Assembly (NCBI GenBank): GCA_017465885.1
Contig: JAFTVG010000014.1
Coordinates: forward strand, 6,819-70,818
Direction: 5' to 3'
Length of the DNA stretch: 64,000 bases
From: Clostridia bacterium
Lineage (GTDB): Bacteria; Bacillota; Clostridia; Oscillospirales; CAG-272
Below the pieces are notes generated by a model. The model saw only the letters and a list, made by a program, of their open reading frames with translations, did no database searches and had not been told where the DNA came from. This document shows positions 61,749 to 64,000 of the stretch, piece after piece. The position numbers were made by a program, and so were the translations under genes. Position 1 is the first letter of the stretch, and each line of letters starts with the position of its first letter.

Positions 61749-62936
61749 ATGAAATCCATTCGTCTCGTTTCACTTTTCATCTCGCTGATTCTTCTCCTTT
61801 CTCTCTGCTCCTCCTGCAGCAAGGATGCCACCACCAAGGAGCCTTATCCCTCCTCCCCTGAGGGTGCGGTGTCGGCTGACGCTTCTTCCCCCCTCCCTTC
61901 GGAAAAGCAAAGCCCCTCCTCCCCTGAAGTCCCTTTATCGGAGGACGAGCAATTCCTTGCCGAGGTAGAATACCATCGCTACGAGCTGACGGGCAAAAGC
62001 ACCCCCTACTTTATGGGCAGATGGTTCAAATATAAGATCGGCGGCGAAGATCATATGGTCACCACCAACAGCGGCAGTATGCTCTATTTTATGGTGAAGG
62101 GTGCCACCGCTATAGACGTGAATTTCACCCCCAACACGGGTGAGCATGCCGCCTTCTACGCCTGCTCCATCGACGGCGGCGAGCCCATCAGAAAGAACGT
62201 GACCGATCCCACCATCCCCCTGCCCGACGAGGGAAGACACACCGTGCGCATCATCACAGAGGGCGTACACGAGCACGTGGGCAAGTGGAGCAACGAAAAG
62301 GGCTACGCCTTTAAAAACGTCGTCCCCTCAGAGGGGGGAGAGATCCTGGGCATCAAGCCCACCGAAAAGATCATTTTCTTTTACGGCGACAGCATCACCG
62401 AGGGCATCAACGCCATCGGCTCTACGGGCTACGGCGAAAGCCACAGCGCCACCAACGCCTACCCCTGGTACTGCTCGGAAAAGCTGGGCACCGTTCTTTA
62501 TAATATCGGCTACGGTGCTACGGGTCTGATCAACACAGGCTCCTTTAACACCATGTATCAAGCCATCGACAAGATGACCAACCGCCGCAAGGTGAGTATG
62601 GACGTCACCCCTGACGTGATCGTGATCAACCACGGACACAACGACCAATACTACGGCGCTGATCAGATGAAGGAAGCACTTGAAAAGACCATCACTCACC
62701 TAAAGGAAAAGTACCCCGGAGTGACCATCGTTTATATGATCCCCTTCAACCAAGCCCACGCCAAGACCATCACCGAATATATGGCAGGGGTGGAGAACAG
62801 CTACGTGATCGCCACAAAAGGGTGGAGTATCTCCATGACCGAGGGGGTACACCCCAACAAGGCGGGTGCAAAATATGCCGGAGAGCGGCTTGCCGAGGAG
62901 CTTTTGACCATTTTCGGCGAAGAATATTTTAAGTAA
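61749..62936 (+). CDS. lipoprotein with C-terminal SGNH/GDSL hydrolase domain
   Basis: Lipobox LSLCSSC, Ser/Pro linker, beta-sandwich middle, then FFYGDSITEG (block I), VIVINHGHND (block III) and EGVHPN (block V). Confidence 0.8.
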   Translation: MKSIRLVSLFISLILLLSLCSSCSKDATTKEPYPSSPEGAVSADASSPLPSEKQSPSSPEVPLSEDEQFLAEVEYHRYELTGKSTPYFMGRWFKYKIGGEDHMVTTNSGSMLYFMVKGATAIDVNFTPNTGEHAAFYACSIDGGEPIRKNVTDPTIPLPDEGRHTVRIITEGVHEHVGKWSNEKGYAFKNVVPSEGGEILGIKPTEKIIFFYGDSITEGINAIGSTGYGESHSATNAYPWYCSEKLGTVLYNIGYGATGLINTGSFNTMYQAIDKMTNRRKVSMDVTPDVIVINHGHNDQYYGADQMKEALEKTITHLKEKYPGVTIVYMIPFNQAHAKTITEYMAGVENSYVIATKGWSISMTEGVHPNKAGAKYAGERLAEELLTIFGEEYFK

Positions 62937-62989
62937 ATCATTAAATCATACCGCAATACCACGTCAAAAAACAAGAAAGGAGGTGCCGT

Positions 62990-64000
62990 ATGATCCTGAT
63001 CATTGCAGAAAAGCCCAGCCTTGCCCGCAACATTGCCGAGGGCATTCTGGAGCTTGAAAAAAGCAGAGGAAATGCCAATCCATCACAGCTTATAAAAAGA
63101 AACGGTTATCTTGAGGGACACGGGTATCTGGTATCCTGGGCGTTCGGTCACCTCTTTTCGCTGTGCGATATTGAAAAGTATAACCCCTTGCCCCGGGGCA
63201 AGAGCGGGTGGTGTATGGACAATCTGCCCTGCTTTCCCCGAGAATTCTCCTTTGAACTGAGAAAGAGAGAAAAGGGGCAGGAGGACGAGGGCGTTGCCAA
63301 GCAATTCCACATTCTGAAATCCCTTTGCGAGCGGCAGGACGTTGACACCGTGGTAAACGCGGGGGACGCCGACAGAGAGGGCGAGATCATCGTCCGTCTT
63401 TGCATCGACCACGCCTTAAAGGACAGCGACAGCGGCATATCCAAGGCACAAAAAAGGCTTTGGCTTCCCGACCAGACGCCCAAGACGGTGGCAGCTGCCC
63501 TTGCAGATCTGAAGGACGAGAAGGAATACGATCTGCTTGCAAGCGAGGGCTACGCCCGCACCTTCATCGACTGGCTTTACGGGGTCAATTTGACCCGCTA
63601 CGCCACCCTGCGCACGGGAACGCTGCTGCGGGTGGGCAGAGTGATCGTGCCCATCGTGAAGGCCATCTATGAGCGGGATATGGCGATCCGAAATTTCGTC
63701 CCCGGCAAATATCTTGCTATGGTAAGCAAGGAGGAGACGGCGGGTGAGGTCATCGAGCTTCTTTCCAAAAACCGCTTTGAAGAAAACGAGCGGGCAAAGG
63801 CTGAGGAGCTTTGCAGAAAATATAACGAGGCGGGAGCTGTCGTTCTTTCGGTCAAGCGCAAAAAGGACAAGCTCTCCCCCGGTAAGCTCTATTCCCTTTC
63901 CAAGCTTCAAAACGTGCTGGGCAAGAAGTTCAAGATGTCCATGAATGAGTCCCTTGAGATCGTTCAAAAGCTTTACGAGCAGGGGTATTTAACCTATCCC
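62990..64000 (+). CDS. topB: DNA topoisomerase III (type IA), 3'-truncated by the window edge
   Basis: Not in the ORF track because it never reaches a stop. My translation from the ATG at 62990 (after AAGGAGG) gives MILIIAEKPSLARNIAEG…WAFGHLF…NAGDADREGEIIVRL (TOPRIM)…LYEQGYLTYP. The frame is open to base 64000. Confidence 0.88.
   Translation, partial: MILIIAEKPSLARNIAEGILELEKSRGNANPSQLIKRNGYLEGHGYLVSWAFGHLFSLCDIEKYNPLPRGKSGWCMDNLPCFPREFSFELRKREKGQEDEGVAKQFHILKSLCERQDVDTVVNAGDADREGEIIVRLCIDHALKDSDSGISKAQKRLWLPDQTPKTVAAALADLKDEKEYDLLASEGYARTFIDWLYGVNLTRYATLRTGTLLRVGRVIVPIVKAIYERDMAIRNFVPGKYLAMVSKEETAGEVIELLSKNRFEENERAKAEELCRKYNEAGAVVLSVKRKKDKLSPGKLYSLSKLQNVLGKKFKMSMNESLEIVQKLYEQGYLTYP

Noticed and set aside
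63416-63967. 183-aa minus-strand ORF and small plus-strand ORFs at the right edge
   Set aside because: They overlap the topoisomerase III frame, which has unmistakable TOPRIM and type IA motifs but is absent from the track because it has no stop within the window.

Overview
This 64-kb chromosomal segment looks like a moderately GC-rich, anaerobic Gram-positive (Clostridia-type) genome. Supporting signs are GGAGG-type Shine-Dalgarno (SD) sites, lipobox lipoproteins, an (S/P)PXTG-like sorting signal, a glycyl-radical enzyme, and many XRE/ArsR/PadR/GntR regulators. I call about 60 protein genes, 3 tRNAs (Leu-GAG, Leu-UAA, initiator Met), one preQ1-I riboswitch, numerous hairpin terminators and several near-consensus sigma-A promoters. 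I see no rRNA, CRISPR array, transposase, integrase or phage structural gene.

Functional blocks:
- 0-11.5 kb: mannoside block. It holds a GH38 mannosidase, a 2128-aa wall-sorted GH92 mannosidase with seven CBM32-like modules, an HTH-fused PfkB kinase and a class II ketose-bisphosphate aldolase.
- 11.8-12.2 kb: tRNA-Leu plus an odd heptamer/hairpin array.
- 12.4-19.4 kb: DUF1846, then AraC + an unusually short glycyl-radical enzyme + its activase + a small protein + an AEC transporter.
- 20-25.5 kb: two-component system and a heterodimeric ABC exporter.
- 25.6-32.9 kb: riboswitch-controlled queT, pepF, MoxR-DUF58 module, ddh.
- 33-35.5 kb: AT-richer patch of tightly coupled regulators.
- 35.5-37 kb: SGNH hydrolase and nagB.
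- 37.3-41.5 kb: tRNA-adjacent AT-rich island cut into gene modules by four copies of a structured repeat.
- 42.7-50.2 kb: second glycan/phosphoglycan cluster.
- 50.3-53.3 kb: SdpR/SdpI-like + ABC-2 operon.
- 53.4-62.9 kb: lipoprotein-rich accessory region with a GntR-ABC operon.
- 63-64 kb: 5' part of topoisomerase III.

The best candidates for something undescribed are the repeat-partitioned cassette island, the short Cys-x-Glu glycyl-radical enzyme locus bracketed by GTATAC boxes, and the inverted TGAAATC/GATTTCA array next to tRNA-Leu. All family assignments come from motif recognition by eye. No database search or computed statistic was available. GC statements are visual impressions.
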